Assembly: GCA_964016885.1 (NCBI GenBank)
Contig: OZ024741.1
Span: 62,496,001-62,560,000, forward strand
DNA from: Eledone cirrhosa
Lineage: Eukaryota
DNA: 64,000 bases
Direction of reading: 5' to 3'
Each line of letters begins with the position of its first letter. Within the stretch, counting starts at the first letter, position 1. This document shows positions 26,270 through 40,623 of this stretch, piece after piece. A model generated the notes under the pieces. It was given only the letters and a program-made list of their open reading frames with translations, was not told the DNA's origin and made no database searches. The translations under genes and the position numbers were made by a program.

Positions 26270-28497
26270 TTATACTTCTCTTAGGTCAGTGTTGTTTGTT
26301 TGGGTGTTGTTGTTGTTCCACTCATTCTTTCTGTTTAGCTTTGGTCTTCTAATTTCTATTTCACTGGCCTCTCTGATTTGCCTATCTGCTGGGTCATTCC
26401 TATGTTTAGATATTATTCTAATTTCTATGTTGTCTATGTTACCGTCATGATGTTGTCTAGCATGTTCGTATAGTACTGACCCGTTTTTTCGTCCTTTTAG
26501 TTCCCCCCAGTGTTGGTCTATCCTTTCACCTATGCTACGAGCTGTCTCACCTATGTATGTTGTTGTCGTGTTTCTGCAAGTACCCTCTGTACATCTTATG
26601 CTATAGACTACGTTTCTAGTTTTACAGTTTATCCGGGGGTTCACCTTACATATGATACATTTCCTATTGGTACAGTGGGTTTTCTTAAAAGGGTAGGTTT
26701 TGCTGATCAGGGATTTTATGGTGGTTCCTGGCTTTTCTACCACCTTTATTTTTAAGTGGGTCTTTCTCAGGGCCTTTCTACACTGGTTAGCTAATTTCCC
26801 TCCAGGGGTGGCGTCCACAAACATGACACTCTGATATCTCTGGTTGTCGTACCATGATGTGGCCTTCCCTATCTTATGTCTAGCCCTATCTAAGCTATTC
26901 CATGATTTGCTCCTGTATAGTGGGCAAATTCCTTTCATGTCCAGTTCTATGAGGGTCTTATACTTTTCCATGGCTCCTTCGTATACTCTGACTCTGTCTC
27001 TTTGGTTGTAGCCAGAGAACTGCATGCGGTTGATGAAGTGTTGGATGTGTCCTTCCATTTCTGTTGGGTCGCACATGCTGGACACATTCTTCATCACTCG
27101 TACCAAATCTGCGATCAGAATATTAAACTTAGCACTACTGGACATTGCTGAGTTTTTGAGTATCAGGTATTTGGAGGCCATGGGTTTAGCATAGTGTGAG
27201 TGGAGAATTTGGGCTCTCTCGTCTATAGTGTTAATCCAGAGTTCTGTGTCTAATACAGGTAGTCTATTGTTAGGGTGTTTGGAAGGGAAGTCTATAGTTA
27301 CAGTTATACTCTGGTGTATGGAATTAGCTATCTGCTGGATGCTTTCCATCGTGCTACGTTCTAAATCAAACTTGTTAGTGCTCTCTAGTGGGGGTGTTCT
27401 TATAACTATATTGATATCGTCTACATAACGAGAGTACATGATGAGGTCTATGGAGCTTTCATTAAGGAGATCTTTAAGTCTCCTTTCCCACCATACCATG
27501 AAAAGGTTGGCAACATCGCCAGCTATGCTGACGCCGATGGCTGCTCCCTCATTTTGGGTGTAGATTTTCTCATTGAACTTAAATATGTGGCCCTTTAGGG
27601 TAGTTTTGATACTAGCCCCTATTGCATGTGCGACCATTTTTCTTACCTGATCAGTGTTTTGGGGGGTCCGTATAGCTTTGGTCCACCCAATCCACCTTCC
27701 TATGGGAGTCTTTTTAGCCATTGAGGTTATGGTGGGGGGTCTACCTCTTATAGGTCTACTAGGGCAGAAACATCTAAGGTCATGGCTGTCTAGGTAGTCA
27801 GTGTCGTAGGTAAGTCTAAGTAGGAGGCCCAGTTCGTCTGTGTCGACGTCGCAGAACTCCACCTCACTCTCAATGATCATCTCCACACATCTTTTCACAG
27901 CAAAATCAATGTTAATGGATGGGTACAGTGACACCACATCCATGCTGCCTATTATGCAGTTGGATAGGCTCCTGTTTTTGTTGCACTCACTGATTCTGCT
28001 GAGGAGGTCCTCTGTACTTTCACATACATCTGGGGACATCTTGATTATGGGGCGTATAACCATTGAGAGGAAGTAGGAGATCCTGTAGTTGCTAGCTATA
28101 TTAGCTCCGCATACAGGTCTTGTTGGTGGTCCTATTGTCGGGTCGTTGACTGTCTTGTGGTCTTTGCGGAGCCCATACAAGGGTGGTATGCCATTGTTAG
28201 ACGCCTGGAAGTTGTTGGCAGTGCGTCTGCTTGGCTTTAGGATGTCAGTCCACATCATCATGTGAGCGTTGAGGATTTTTTCTCTCCCATCGTGTGTTAG
28301 TTGTGCAACTCGCTCGTGTTGGTGATGTGGGGTTGCATTGCCTCGATGTAGTTCGGCATGCTATCTATTGACATCCTACCAGACTTATCTGTGGGTAGAC
28401 ACACTACCTCACCATCCCTTGTGCGCTGCTTGAGGCTAACCAAGCCTTCTACAGGTTTTATCCCAAGTTGTTGGGCCTCTGGTCTGCTCTGTCTCAT
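26270..28497 (-). CDS. PLE-3 RT plus GIY-YIG (main ORF 26270-28261; frameshift near 28290 separates the upstream PTDKSGRM segment)
   Basis: LYGLRKDHK, TRPV, GSMDVVSLYPSI, GAAIG, YSRYVDD, LPVLD, CIIC, VVYSIRC..YIGETARS, RQIREA. Confidence 0.92.
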
Positions 28498-28508
28498 AGT
28501 GTCTCATA

Positions 28509-30010
28509 GTTTCTGCCCTAGTAGACCTATAAGAGGTAGACCCCCCACCATAACCTCAATGGCTAAAAAGACTCCCATAGGAAGGTGGATTGGGTGGACC
28601 AAAGCTATACGGACCCCCCAAAACACTGATCAGGTAAGAAAAATGGTCGCACATGCAATAGGGGCTAGTATCAAAACTACCCTAAAGGGCCACATATTTA
28701 AGTTCAATGAGAAAATCTACACCCAAAATGAGGGAGCAGCCATCGGCGTCAGCATAGCTGGCGATGTTGCCAACCTTTTCATGGTATGGTGGGAAAGGAG
28801 ACTTAAAGATCTCCTTAATGAAAGCTCCATAGACCTCATCATGTACTCTCGTTATGTAGACGATATCAATATAGTTATAAGAACACCCCCACTAGAGAGC
28901 ACTAACAAGTTTGATTTAGAACGTAGCACGATGGAAAGCATCCAGCAGATAGCTAATTCCATACACCAGAGTATAACTGTAACTATAGACTTCCCTTCCA
29001 AACACCCTAACAATAGACTACCTGTATTAGACACAGAACTCTGGATTAACACTATAGACGAGAGAGCCCAAATTCTCCACTCACACTATGCTAAACCCAT
29101 GGCCTCCAAATACCTGATACTCAAAAACTCAGCAATGTCCAGTAGTGCTAAGTTTAATATTCTGATCGCAGATTTGGTACGAGTGATGAAGAATGTGTCC
29201 AGCATGTGCGACCCAACAGAAATGGAAGGACACATCCAACACTTCATCAACCGCATGCAGTTCTCTGGCTACAACCAAAGAGACAGAGTCAGAGTATACG
29301 AAGGAGCCATGGAAAAGTATAAGACCCTCATAGAACTGGACATGAAAGGAATTTGCCCACTATACAGGAGCAAATCATGGAATAGCTTAGATAGGGCTAG
29401 ACATAAGATAGGGAAGGCCACATCATGGTACGACAACCAGAGATATCAGAGTGTCATGTTTGTGGACGCCACCCCTGGAGGGAAATTAGCTAACCAGTGT
29501 AGAAAGGCCCTGAGAAAGACCCACTTAAAAATAAAGGTGGTAGAAAAGCCAGGAACCACCATAAAATCCCTGATCAGCAAAACCTACCCTTTTAAGAAAA
29601 CCCACTGTACCAATAGGAAATGTATCATATGTAAGGTGAACCCCCGGATAAACTGTAAAACTAGAAACGTAGTCTATAGCATAAGATGTACAGAGGGTAC
29701 TTGCAGAAACACGACAACAACATACATAGGTGAGACAGCTCGTAGCATAGGTGAAAGGATAGACCAACACTGGGGGGAACTAAAAGGACGAAAAAACGGG
29801 TCAGTACTATACGAACATGCTAGACAACATCATGACGGTAACATAGACAACATAGAAATTAGAATAATATCTAAACATAGGAATGACCCAGCAGATAGGC
29901 AAATCAGAGAGGCCAGTGAAATAGAAATTAGAAGACCAAAGCTAAACAGAAAGAATGAGTGGAACAACAACAACACCCAAACAAACAACACTGACCTAAG
30001 AGAAGTATAA
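28509..30010 (+). CDS. Inverted duplicate of the C-terminal part of PLE-3 RT/GIY-YIG
   Basis: The protein is identical to the minus-strand ORF from FCPSRP onward. The N-terminal part of ORF 28358-30010 is antisense read-through. Confidence 0.9.
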
Positions 30011-30279
30011 ATAAATAAGTAAATTAAATTAAATAAAATAAGATAAATAAATACATACACAAGCACATAAACACACACTAGTCACCCAGCAGACAACACT
30101 ATACACACTAGTCACACATCACACATAACACTATACACACACGCAAACGCATGCGCAAAGAAGACAAAATAAAATAAGATAAACAAACAAGCAAATAAAT
30201 AAATAAATATATAGACAGACTGAACAAAAAAAAATGGCGTAGACATACAACACAACAGGAGGAACAATGAATATAACAC

Positions 30280-30317
30280 CACTGACGATGTTGCAGATGT
30301 GCAACGAAAGATTTATG
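30280..30317 (+). ncRNA. Hammerhead core in the PLE-3 3'UTR (mirror at 25963-26000, minus)
   Basis: CTGACGA-t-gttgca-gatg-tgcaac-GAAA-gatt-TA. Stems I and III are weak. Confidence 0.55.
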
Positions 30318-30525
30318 TAAACTATATATATATGTGTTTGTCTATATTGTATCTGCATTATTATTTTTGACCGCCGGTCAGTCAATGGCAACATTGAGGA
30401 CCGAGTAAGTTAGATCGCAGATATATATATATAAAAGACAGCGAGAAGCGAAAACCAACCAAACAGTGAGTGTGTTCTGTTATTAATTCTGGCAATATTA
30501 CGCAAATATGACCCTCCCCAAATAT

Positions 30526-30627
<102 letters not shown>

Positions 30628-31096
30628 ACCATAATAATACGCCATGTGTATTTGTATATATATATCCGTCTGTAACTTTGAAATTTACACACACAAACAT
30701 ATACACAATGGATTTCCTATATTAGTCATGCTGATACAATAAGAAGTTCGCATTACATTTCCAAAGTCTTGGGTTCTAACATTCCTCCCTGTAAATAGTT
30801 ATATCGTTATAAGTTTATTCATTTATTAAATCCTGCATTTGTACATACATACTGAACATTTATGTAATTATATGCTCGAAATAAATTAAAATATAAGTTA
30901 ATCTCTTCCATGAGCCAGCAATATCTTATGCAAACCTTAAACTTATTAAAACGGAAATTCCCCAGTTAGTATGTTATTCTGCTGTATATGGCAAAACAAT
31001 CTTGGACTCCCAAAATGGAATACATTCAACAGTGATATACATACACAAACTCATATACATTCACTCACATATTTATCTATCTATTTAACCCCCCCC

Positions 31097-31197
<101 letters not shown>

Positions 31198-31201
31198 AAT
31201 A

Positions 31202-31420
31202 TATTATAAGAACAGATTAAAGTTTAAGCAAAGAATGGCTGCTTTCACCCTTAACGGGATCTTCAGAAGGTCCCTTTAAGGGTGAAAGCAGCGATTCTTT
31301 GCTTGAACTTTAATCTGTTCTTATAATAAATATTTGTTCTACAGGTTTATATATATATATATTATATATATAATTCGTATCGAGCCCTCTTCGGATTTTA
31401 GTCTTCAAATTCATTATTAC
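31202..31420 (+). mobile_element. Family C fold-back copy
   Basis: Near-perfect hairpin at 31203-31326 followed by the family C tail. Confidence 0.85.
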
Positions 31421-31432
31421 TATATATATATA

Positions 31433-31624
31433 GTGGTGGACTGGCAGTATCGGTAGAGGGTCGGACGCCATGCTTTGACGCATAGAGTTACGGCCCTTGC
31501 CATTCTGAGTTCAAATCCCGCCGAGGTTAACTTTGCCTTTCATCCTTACGGAGTCGATAAAATAAAGTACCAGTAATACACTGCGTAATTGCTGGCCTTG
31601 TGCCAAAAGTAGAAACAATTATTA
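31433..31624 (+). mobile_element. SINE S1, full length
   Basis: A-box tggcagtatcgg, B-box gagttcaaatcc and an (att)n tail. Confidence 0.9.
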
Positions 31625-31666
31625 CTATATATATATATATATTTTAGTCTTCAAATTTATTATTAT

Positions 31667-31709
<43 letters not shown>

Positions 31710-31956
31710 TATTACTATATATATATATATATATACAAGTGGAAGCTTAGTCAAATCGAAGCTTTGGCCGTGGGCAAGCAAAGTCGACCTACAATATGAA
31801 TGAGATAGCAAAGCACTCAATAAGGGTAGGTCCTAAGAGTTATAACATACGTTTAAATAGCTTGACAAATATATATATATATATATAATGCTCCGACTTG
31901 AACCATTTATACAAGTTGTTGAGTGCTTCTTTTTATCTGCTTCGCACTCGACATAA

Positions 31957-32146
31957 CATAATTGTTTCTACTGTTGGCACAAGGCCAGCAATTAACCAGT
32001 ACATTACTGGTATTTTAGTTTATCGACCCCGTAAGGATGAAAAGCAAAGTTAACCTCGGCGGGATTTGAACTTAGAATGGAAAGGGCCGTAACTCTTTGC
32101 GTCAAAGCATAGCGTCCGACCCTCTACCGATACTGCCAATCCGCCA
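31957..32146 (-). mobile_element. SINE S1, full length
   Basis: Reverse complement of the previous copy. Confidence 0.9.
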
Positions 32147-32467
32147 CCGACATAACATAATGTGGTCCGCACATCTCTGTTCGGTTAACCCCACTGCTGT
32201 TATTGCAGTCAACAGCCAGTGAAACAGTAACAGGGGACATGTCATTACCTATTTTAGTAGCTACTACCACCAAACTACCAAGGAAGAGAGAGAGAGAGAG
32301 GGAGAGAGAGAGAGAGAGACGAAAATGCGAATTTTTATATATATGTAAACTATATTCTCTAATATCCGGTACTCTAATATTCCGGTACTATAAGTTAATT
32401 TAAAAAAGTATTTTGTTGTTATTCTATGAGAAAATCCTATTAGCATTTTCTACTTTTTCTTATTTTC

Positions 32468-32508
<41 letters not shown>

Positions 32509-32559
32509 GTATGTGTGTGTGTGTGTATATATATGTGTGTGTGTGGGGGGGGGGGGGGT

Positions 32560-32700
32560 CTTTCCTGATGATTTATTTTGAATAAAACTGTTCTAGTCAT
32601 GTGGAATCCATTCTATATTAAACATAATGTTTGCACTCTACTAATGTATTGAGTACCTAAATAACCGTGGTTACCCTCGATTGAACCCGGGACTCACGCA
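32560..32700 (+). mobile_element. PLE 3'-tail remnant with degenerate HHR
   Basis: Homologous to 34420-34552; CTGATGA..AAAA..GTC. Confidence 0.65.
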
Positions 32701-32863
32701 TACACACACACATATATCACATATATTGATGCCTTAAGGACAGACACTGGTCTGTTGGAGACGCAGGACATGGCAGCGATAATGAGGGACAGAGACCGTT
32801 GGAGAGAACTCGTCCATGGATCTCGGGAATTTTACCCGCCCTAGATATATATATATATATAAA

Positions 32864-32924
<61 letters not shown>

Positions 32925-32925
32925 G

Positions 32926-32974
<49 letters not shown>

Positions 32975-32977
32975 TTT

Positions 32978-33053
32978 ATTATAAGGACAGATTAAAGTTT
33001 AAGCAAAGAATTGCTACTTTCACCCTTAACGAGATCTTCTGAAACTCTACGGT

Positions 33054-33055
<2 letters not shown>
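32978..33055 (-). mobile_element. Family C fragment
   Basis: cagattaaagtttaagcaaagaa..ctttcacccttaacgagatcttctgaaact. Confidence 0.8.
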
Positions 33056-33120
<65 letters not shown>

Positions 33121-33163
33121 CAATTTAGAAATTAAAAATTAAAAAATATATGATCAACACTAC

Positions 33164-33194
<31 letters not shown>

Positions 33195-33542
33195 GCAAAA
33201 TGACAATAATTTTTTAGCCAGATAGAAATACCTTAATTCAAGTACATATAGTCCGTCTGTATCGATCTAGAGAATTTTAAATATTAAATCTATACTTACA
33301 GACGTAAAATGGCAACTGCCTGGTGCCTAGACAAGTTTAAATTTCAAAATTCAAACCTTTTCAGCAGATCGGGCAGAACTTCAAAACATAAACCTGTTTC
33401 ACAAGGGATGTTATACTAATGAAATAATTAATTAATTACGGAACAACTATTTATAAAATAATTATTAGCGGAGTAAATATACACACACATACGTATATAC
33501 ATACAAATACATAAATAAATAAATATATATATATATATACAC

Positions 33543-33575
<33 letters not shown>

Positions 33576-33622
33576 CACACATATATACACACACACATAC
33601 ATATATATATATACACATATAT

Positions 33623-33705
<83 letters not shown>

Positions 33706-33720
33706 CACATATACCTACAC

Positions 33721-33754
<34 letters not shown>

Positions 33755-34240
33755 GCACGCACACATATATATATACACATATATACACACACACACACAT
33801 ATATATATAAATAATAAATAAATAAATACACACATAGAGAGAGAACCACACAAACACATACACACAAATACCCATACACACACACGCATATATATATATA
33901 TACATATATATACACACATACACACACACACATATATATATACACACACACATATATATATATATGTGTGTGTATATATATATGTGTGTGTGTCCACACA
34001 CACATACATACACATACATACACATACATATACACACATACACACAAATATATACACATACAAATAAATAAGTACTCAATAAATATACGCATATACATAG
34101 GCACATGAAAACAGCTCTACAGGCAGAAAATGCAGATAGGTAAGAGGTACTCACATAACCATAGTGGCCGTATTTCAGGTTGAGGAGGGGTGGGGGTAGG
34201 GTGGGAAGGAGGTTTAGGGGCCAATAGGAGGAGGTCGTTT

Positions 34241-34390
34241 TTAGCCATCGGGCTTTAACACTGGCTTAAAGTATTTGAAAGTTGCAAAGTTCTTGTGCAT
34301 GCAGTTCGGGCAGTGTTCAGAGAATTTGTTCAGGAGCGGCCCCTTGGCGAATATAATTTCGTAGCTCTCTGAGATACAAAGGTCGCAGCC
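34241..34390 (-). pseudogene. C-terminus of a Naiad-like PLE endonuclease
   Basis: Translates to [49 protein letters not shown], matching the ends of PLE-2 and PLE-4. It is absent from the ORF track. Confidence 0.85.
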
Positions 34391-34418
34391 CTATACCATA
34401 CTTATTTTTTGATACCCA

Positions 34419-34467
34419 GATTCCTGATGATTTCTAAAGAATGAAACAGTTCTAGTCCTGTAGAATC
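34419..34467 (+). ncRNA. Hammerhead-like motif
   Basis: gattc-CTGATGA-t-ttc-taaa-gaa-t-GAAA-cagttctag-TC-ctgta-gaatc. The stem I partner is offset by 5 nt. Confidence 0.5.
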
Positions 34468-34554
34468 TCATCTATATTAAAACTTTTATATTCTGCAATG
34501 TATTGAGTACCTTACTTACTGTGGTTACCTCCGATTCAACCCGGAATAACGTAT

Positions 34555-35325
34555 ATATAAAACATGTCTATAGAATCACCAGATAAAATATATACCATTT
34601 CCTTTCCCAATTAGCATAATTAACCATATAAAAAATCGAATAGACCAAGCTATAAGAATAAGGCTTCTATGAAGAAATCTCCAACAAATAACCGAAACCA
34701 GCCCTTCGCGCCGGCTGCGACGGAATATTTATCGAATATTTCGACAGTGTAATCGCCCAGATATACAGTCAATTAAACAGAATTAGGTGTAAAATAAACT
34801 AGGAGAAAAGAGAACATGGTTTCGTCCGCATTTTAAGATATCCGATAGCTTCGGAACCTTGAGCACCGGACTCTTCAGGAGTTAGCTCAAATCTAGACAA
34901 TAAATTTTCCAAAATGATCACGCCAAGAATACATTAAAAAATGGCTAAGAATCGTGACGTAGCAGCGATCAGGTTAGAAGGGATGTGATTAGTTGCTTAC
35001 GGCTGGTGGCTTTTTGCTAGAAAGCGCAGCACAATACAGCCAAATTTGTATCTCAACCTAACGGGAGAATATTACATATAAAGGTTTACATATATATATA
35101 TACGTGTTTTGCAACGGGTCACTTTGTGGCTCAATGAAATGTTAATAAATTAAATAATCAGAGCTATATATCATAAAACATGTCTATAGAATCACCAGAT
35201 AAAATATATACGATATATATTCTATATACCATATATATTCTATAGACATGTTTTATGATATATAGCTCTGATTATTTAATTTATTAACTTTTCATTGAGC
35301 CACAAAGTGACCCGTTGCAAAACAC

Positions 35326-35328
<3 letters not shown>
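34555..35328 (-). mobile_element. Partial-tandem plus fold-back non-coding element with an HHR core at 34820-34878
   Basis: 34557-34595 recurs at about 35174-35210. Inverted arms at 35100-35190 and 35239-35329. The minus strand reads CTGAAGA-gtccg..cggac-GAAA. A related fragment lies at 54374-54632. Confidence 0.75.
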
Positions 35329-35368
<40 letters not shown>

Positions 35369-36059
35369 AATACAATAACAGAGATAGTTTAAAGCTAAAC
35401 TCTGACTGGTAACCATCTCACTCAACAAACATTAGGTTATATTTAAATATAAACCCAATTTAAGAGTTTGGTGTGCTAACAATATGTATAAGGTGGAAAA
35501 ACCAGTTGTATTATTTTATGAGATATAATTAAAGTTAAATTATATCTCTCTTTCCAAACAATTGTGTCATTATAAGTTTTCTACAAGTTGGGAGAATATT
35601 TCCAGTTTATGTAGAAGCCTAATATATATTCATGTAAGAATATATTTAGGTGGGCGCTTATAAATCATCAGTGGAAGCCCATTAAACTTTGATATAAGAA
35701 AGAAATTCTTACTGCAGTCAAAAATCGTGTCTGTTAAGTTGTTCCTTCTCGCATCGAATGACCGCCAAATTTGAAATTCCAGCAGTTTTTGACTGAGGAA
35801 GTATCATAGCGACACGAAGCGGGAAGGGGAGACAACTACGATCCACGAAAGGAGGAAAAAAAATAATATACATGCGGGTTAATTAGTTTTTTCGAAAACA
35901 TTATCAATCCAACGTGTTAAGAACTTAATTGAAAGTTAAAAAATAAATATATGCGTGTATAAATTACACACGCATATAGATATTTATATATATATGTAAA
36001 CCTTTATATATATATATATATATATATAGATATAGATATATATACATATATATATATAT

Positions 36060-36222
<163 letters not shown>

Positions 36223-36225
36223 CAC

Positions 36226-36295
<70 letters not shown>

Positions 36296-36560
36296 AAAAG
36301 GTAAAGAGAAATAACAACACAATCGGTACAGTATATGGAAGATATATATTAGATTAACGCTTGATATAGCAGGAAGTGAGTCTTAACGTTTCGGACGCTA
36401 GTCCTTCATCGGAAGAAAGAATGAGAAATAAAATAGATTGAGGGGATGGGCGGGATGGAATTGGAAAAAATGTCTTTAGTGATCCATGATCTAAAAGGAC
36501 ACCCAGGACTGAAACAGGAGAACAGATATGACGGGCGACAGGAGTATCCAAACCAAGTCG
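36296..36560 (-). mobile_element. Internally deleted Neptune-like PLE remnant
   Basis: RLGLDTPVARH resembles the PLE-1 endonuclease segment RLGGSSPIARH and is followed by an HHR. Confidence 0.65.
36381..36416 (-). ncRNA. Minimal type I hammerhead, U4C variant
   Basis: tctt-CCGATGA-a-ggac-tagc-gtcc-GAAA-cg-TT-aaga. Confidence 0.75.
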
Positions 36561-36651
36561 TATATATATATATATACATATATACATATCAGTATATATA
36601 ATCTATAATCCTTACGAACCCTATTCGGATTCTAGTATTCACATTTGTTAT

Positions 36652-36701
<50 letters not shown>

Positions 36702-36769
36702 ATAACAAATGTATATATATATATATATGGCTAATAAAGAAATGTATCTCTCTCTCTCTATATATATAT

Positions 36770-39700
36770 AGATACATTTCTTTTTTAGCCACAAGGGCAC
36801 AAAAGAACGGGACAAATACAAATGGGGAGTTTACATACAGGTATATTAAAATAAAACTATTAATAAAATACCAAATAACAATTGAAATCCCCAATAGGGG
36901 GGAGGCGTTACGCAGGGGTTGTACACACTCCGAAAAAATGTACAACCCTCATCTCCAGGAGCACCATGAGTGAGTACTCCCTTCTCTTCCTCTTTTCCCT
37001 CAACCTATAGGCTTATATAGAGAGAAGGCCCAACCACTCGGGCCATCTTTGCCTCATTCACCCACCTTTTATAAAATTTGCTGGGGGGTACAGCACCTCT
37101 CTCTCCATCCTGATTCTTCTTCCAAAATGATATTTGAAAAAATGAATCAGTTGTTTGCCGGAGAGAAATGTGTCTGGCCTCAGCCCTTTTCACCTCGTCC
37201 ACCATATAACATCTTTCACCATAGCCGTAACACATAGGAAAACCGCCTCTCCCTCGGTTTTGAACGAGGGTGGCGGTTTGATCATGACAATGGACTCGGT
37301 CCCACCCGCGACAATAGTCGTTCTACATAGCCCCACAGGTCGGTAACGCCCGACCAGTGTACAAATGCGTGCGCGACGGTTTCCTCGCCACGCACGCATC
37401 TCGGACAGATCTTTTTCAAAGGGTTCCTGCCCGGGTGCCCGTGTCTGTAGAGCTTGTCTCGAACTGGTAGAGCTCCTCGGTAGCACTGCCAGGCCAGGGA
37501 CTTTTGGAAGTTGTCCATCGGTCCCGGGCGGAAGGTCCTACCGAACAGACTGGCCAGTTCGTCCTCCTCTACGCCTAGAGTTTCTCCGAGCGTGTCGTCG
37601 CACTTGCTGCAGACCAACCCTCTATAGAATAACGAAGTGGAGTCTCCACTGATCGCCGGGTCCGTTTGCCAGAAGACTGTGAGCGCCTGAGCACATTCGA
37701 TGTGCCAGTCGCCTATTTTCCTCGGTCTTTGCTTGACTCAGGACTGCAGCTCGGTCAGCGAGACGAGTCGTGGGAAGGCTCGCCTCACGAACGGGGCCCA
37801 CACCGGATGTCCGGTGAGGAATACGTGGAGGCGCCGCAGCCTGAGCGCCTGTTTGCGCATTGTCAGCCACGGCATTCCCAGCCCTCCGGTCAAGCGGTAG
37901 TAGATGACGGACGCTATAAAAGTTGTTCGCCACCTCTGCTCGACCTTTCAAGGATAGTTTGCACTCGGCCCACTTCTGGGTGAGCGCAAACACCTTCGCC
38001 GTCACCTCGTTCCAGTTCTTCACCTGGAGGTCCGGACCAAACCAGACCCCGAGCAGCTTTACCGGTCCTTCCGTCAAGCGTCCGACGACGCCATCGGAAG
38101 GTATCGGTTTGCCTCTCCACGTTCCCAGTTGCAAACCGACGGATTTGTCCCGGTTCAGCTTCGCTCCTGTAAACCTTTCGTATTCCTTCAGTAAGGTGCC
38201 GACCTCCCCGATTTGCGAGGTGCTCGACACCATTACTGAGGCGTCGTCGGCGTAAGCCGACGCCGCTTTTCGCAATCCCGGTTCCAAAGGGATGCCCTGC
38301 AATAGCTCCAACTTTCGCAGTAGTGGCTCGAGAGTTAGTACATACAGAAGGGAGGAGAGAGGGAATCCCTGTAGGATGGATCGCGTGATATGGAACGGCT
38401 CCGAGAGGTAGCCGTTCACCTTGACTCTTGAGCAGATGTTGCTGCTGTGCATTGCAGCAACCCAGCCACTGAACACGGGTCCGAAGCCTGCCGCCTTGAG
38501 CACCCCATCCAGGTAACGATGGCCAACCCTATCGAAATCCTTAGACTGATCCAAGTTGATCAGGGCCCCACCAAAGCCGTGTTTACACCTTACCCTCTCT
38601 ATGATGTATCGCATGAGGTGGAGGTTGTCGTGTATGGACCTGGTCGGGATTACGCATGTCGGCGCTTCTCCCACCAGGTTTTCGACGACAAGCGCCAGCC
38701 TCTTTGCCAACACCTTGTCCAAAATCTTAAACTTTGTGTTTAGCAGATTTATGGGCCGGAAGTTGCCTATGTCATTCACCTTATTCTCGTCCTTCCTGAC
38801 CCACGTGACTACGCCCTTGGTCACAGAACTGGGAATTCTCCAGTTCTGCTACCAGTTGCAGTAGACCGCTTCCAGGAGACCGGAGAACAAGTCCGGCATT
38901 GCTACGTAGGGTAGACCGTCGAGACCTGGAGATTTGCGTTTGCCGCATTTGCTCAGGGCGTCCTCTATCTCAGCGGCCAAAATCGGCCTTTCGCAGAACT
39001 TCGCCTCGCTGTCCGAGAGTCGCGGCATGCCGTCGAGGTATGGATTGAAATCCATACCTCCTCGCGTCGCACCGCCCTGCCCGAACAGTTGAGCAAAGTG
39101 CCGCTGAAAGGTAGCGCACATCTGCTTCGGCTCACGTATCACGCGTCCGTCTTGGTCCTTCAAAGACCGAATCGTGAACTTGTTGCCACTTTTCGCCTCT
39201 GTCGCTCGGGTCCAGCTAACAGCTTTGGCTCCCTCGTTTCACAGAGCACGTATTTTGCTCCTGACAACGCAGCCTTCGTGCTTTGCGTCAAAGAACTGGT
39301 CCAAGGCCGTTCTCGTCGCTAGCACGCTGGCTACGTTGCCACTCCTAAGTGCCTCTTCTACTTTATCTACCAGTTCCTTTTCGGTCTTATTTCTATGTAA
39401 CACTAATTCTTTACTAAAACCTATCGAGTCTAATCTGACTGCCCTCTTGAGAGAGTACCACCATCTGTTGTTGACAATGGCCCCCGTCAAGTACTGCTTA
39501 ACTAAAGTACTAATCCGTCTACTGTAGGCTTTGCATGTCGGTAACGACAAGTTCAGGTTCCAGTAGCCGGGTCCCTGTCTATGGGTTCTATCAAGGTTGA
39601 CTAAGCAGGTCACTAGTTTGTGATCTGAATAGGCAACCATAAACATTTGTGGAGAGCTTAACATGTCCCTATCACTAACTCTAACTAGAAACCTATCTAG

Positions 39701-39795
39701 GTACGATCTAGATGTTCCACCGTGGTTGGTCCACGTCCACAGTGGCACAGTTGGAAAATCTAGTCGATATCTATCGGCCAGTTGAAATCGGCCGA
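36770..39795 (-). mobile_element. Tx1/L1-clade LINE, 5'-truncated and frameshifted
   Basis: APE C-terminus (SRSYLDRFLV, YSDHKLV, GPGYWNLN), KSPGLDGLP, NFRPINLLN, LDQSKDFDRV, QGFPLS, AYADD, LSLKGR, and a CPRC..EETVAHAF zinc knuckle. Confidence 0.93.
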
Positions 39796-39819
39796 TTATA
39801 TATATACATATATATATAT

Positions 39820-39955
39820 GTTTCTTTATTAGCCACAGGGGCACAAAAGAAGCGACAAATACAAAGGGGGAAGTTTACATACAATAAAAACATGTAAAAT
39901 ATTATCACAAATGCAATTGAAAAGTTAATCGATTTTCCCCAATAGGGGGAGGCAT
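39820..39955 (-). mobile_element. Solo 3' end of a related Tx1-like LINE
   Basis: Homologous to 36776-36905. Confidence 0.8.
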
Positions 39956-40139
39956 TTCATATATATAGAGAGAGAGATAGATACGAATACATGCGTGTGT
40001 ACTTGACTCGAGTTACAGTAATATCTTCATTTTATTACTTTTTCTCCTTTTCTCCTTTCCCTCATATCTTTCCTCTCATCCCCATCTGATTGTCTGCTTT
40101 AACCAATTTTCAATATTCATCCGCTGTAGTGGCATTGAA

Positions 40140-40248
40140 CACCACCAGCAGCAGAAGAAGTAGTAGTTGTAACAGCTGATGCAGCAATAGTATTAGTCAT
40201 AGCAGTAATATCAGCTGATGCAACAGCAGCAACAACAACAACAGTACT

Positions 40249-40343
<95 letters not shown>

Positions 40344-40422
40344 CAGCAGTAGTAGTAGCAGCAGCAGCAGTGGTAGTAGTAGAATCATCATCATCATCAT
40401 CATAATCATCAGCAGCAGCAGC

Positions 40423-40475
<53 letters not shown>

Positions 40476-40550
40476 CAGTAGTAGTAGTAGCCGCAGCAGC
40501 AGTGGTAGTAGTAGAATCATCATCATCATCATCATCATAATCATCATCAT

Positions 40551-40623
<73 letters not shown>

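Noticed and set aside
28358-28508. Novel N-terminus on the 550-aa ORF
   Set aside because: It is antisense RT sequence read through the inversion junction.
31433-31530. tRNA genes
   Set aside because: The A and B boxes belong to SINE heads and form no cloverleaf.
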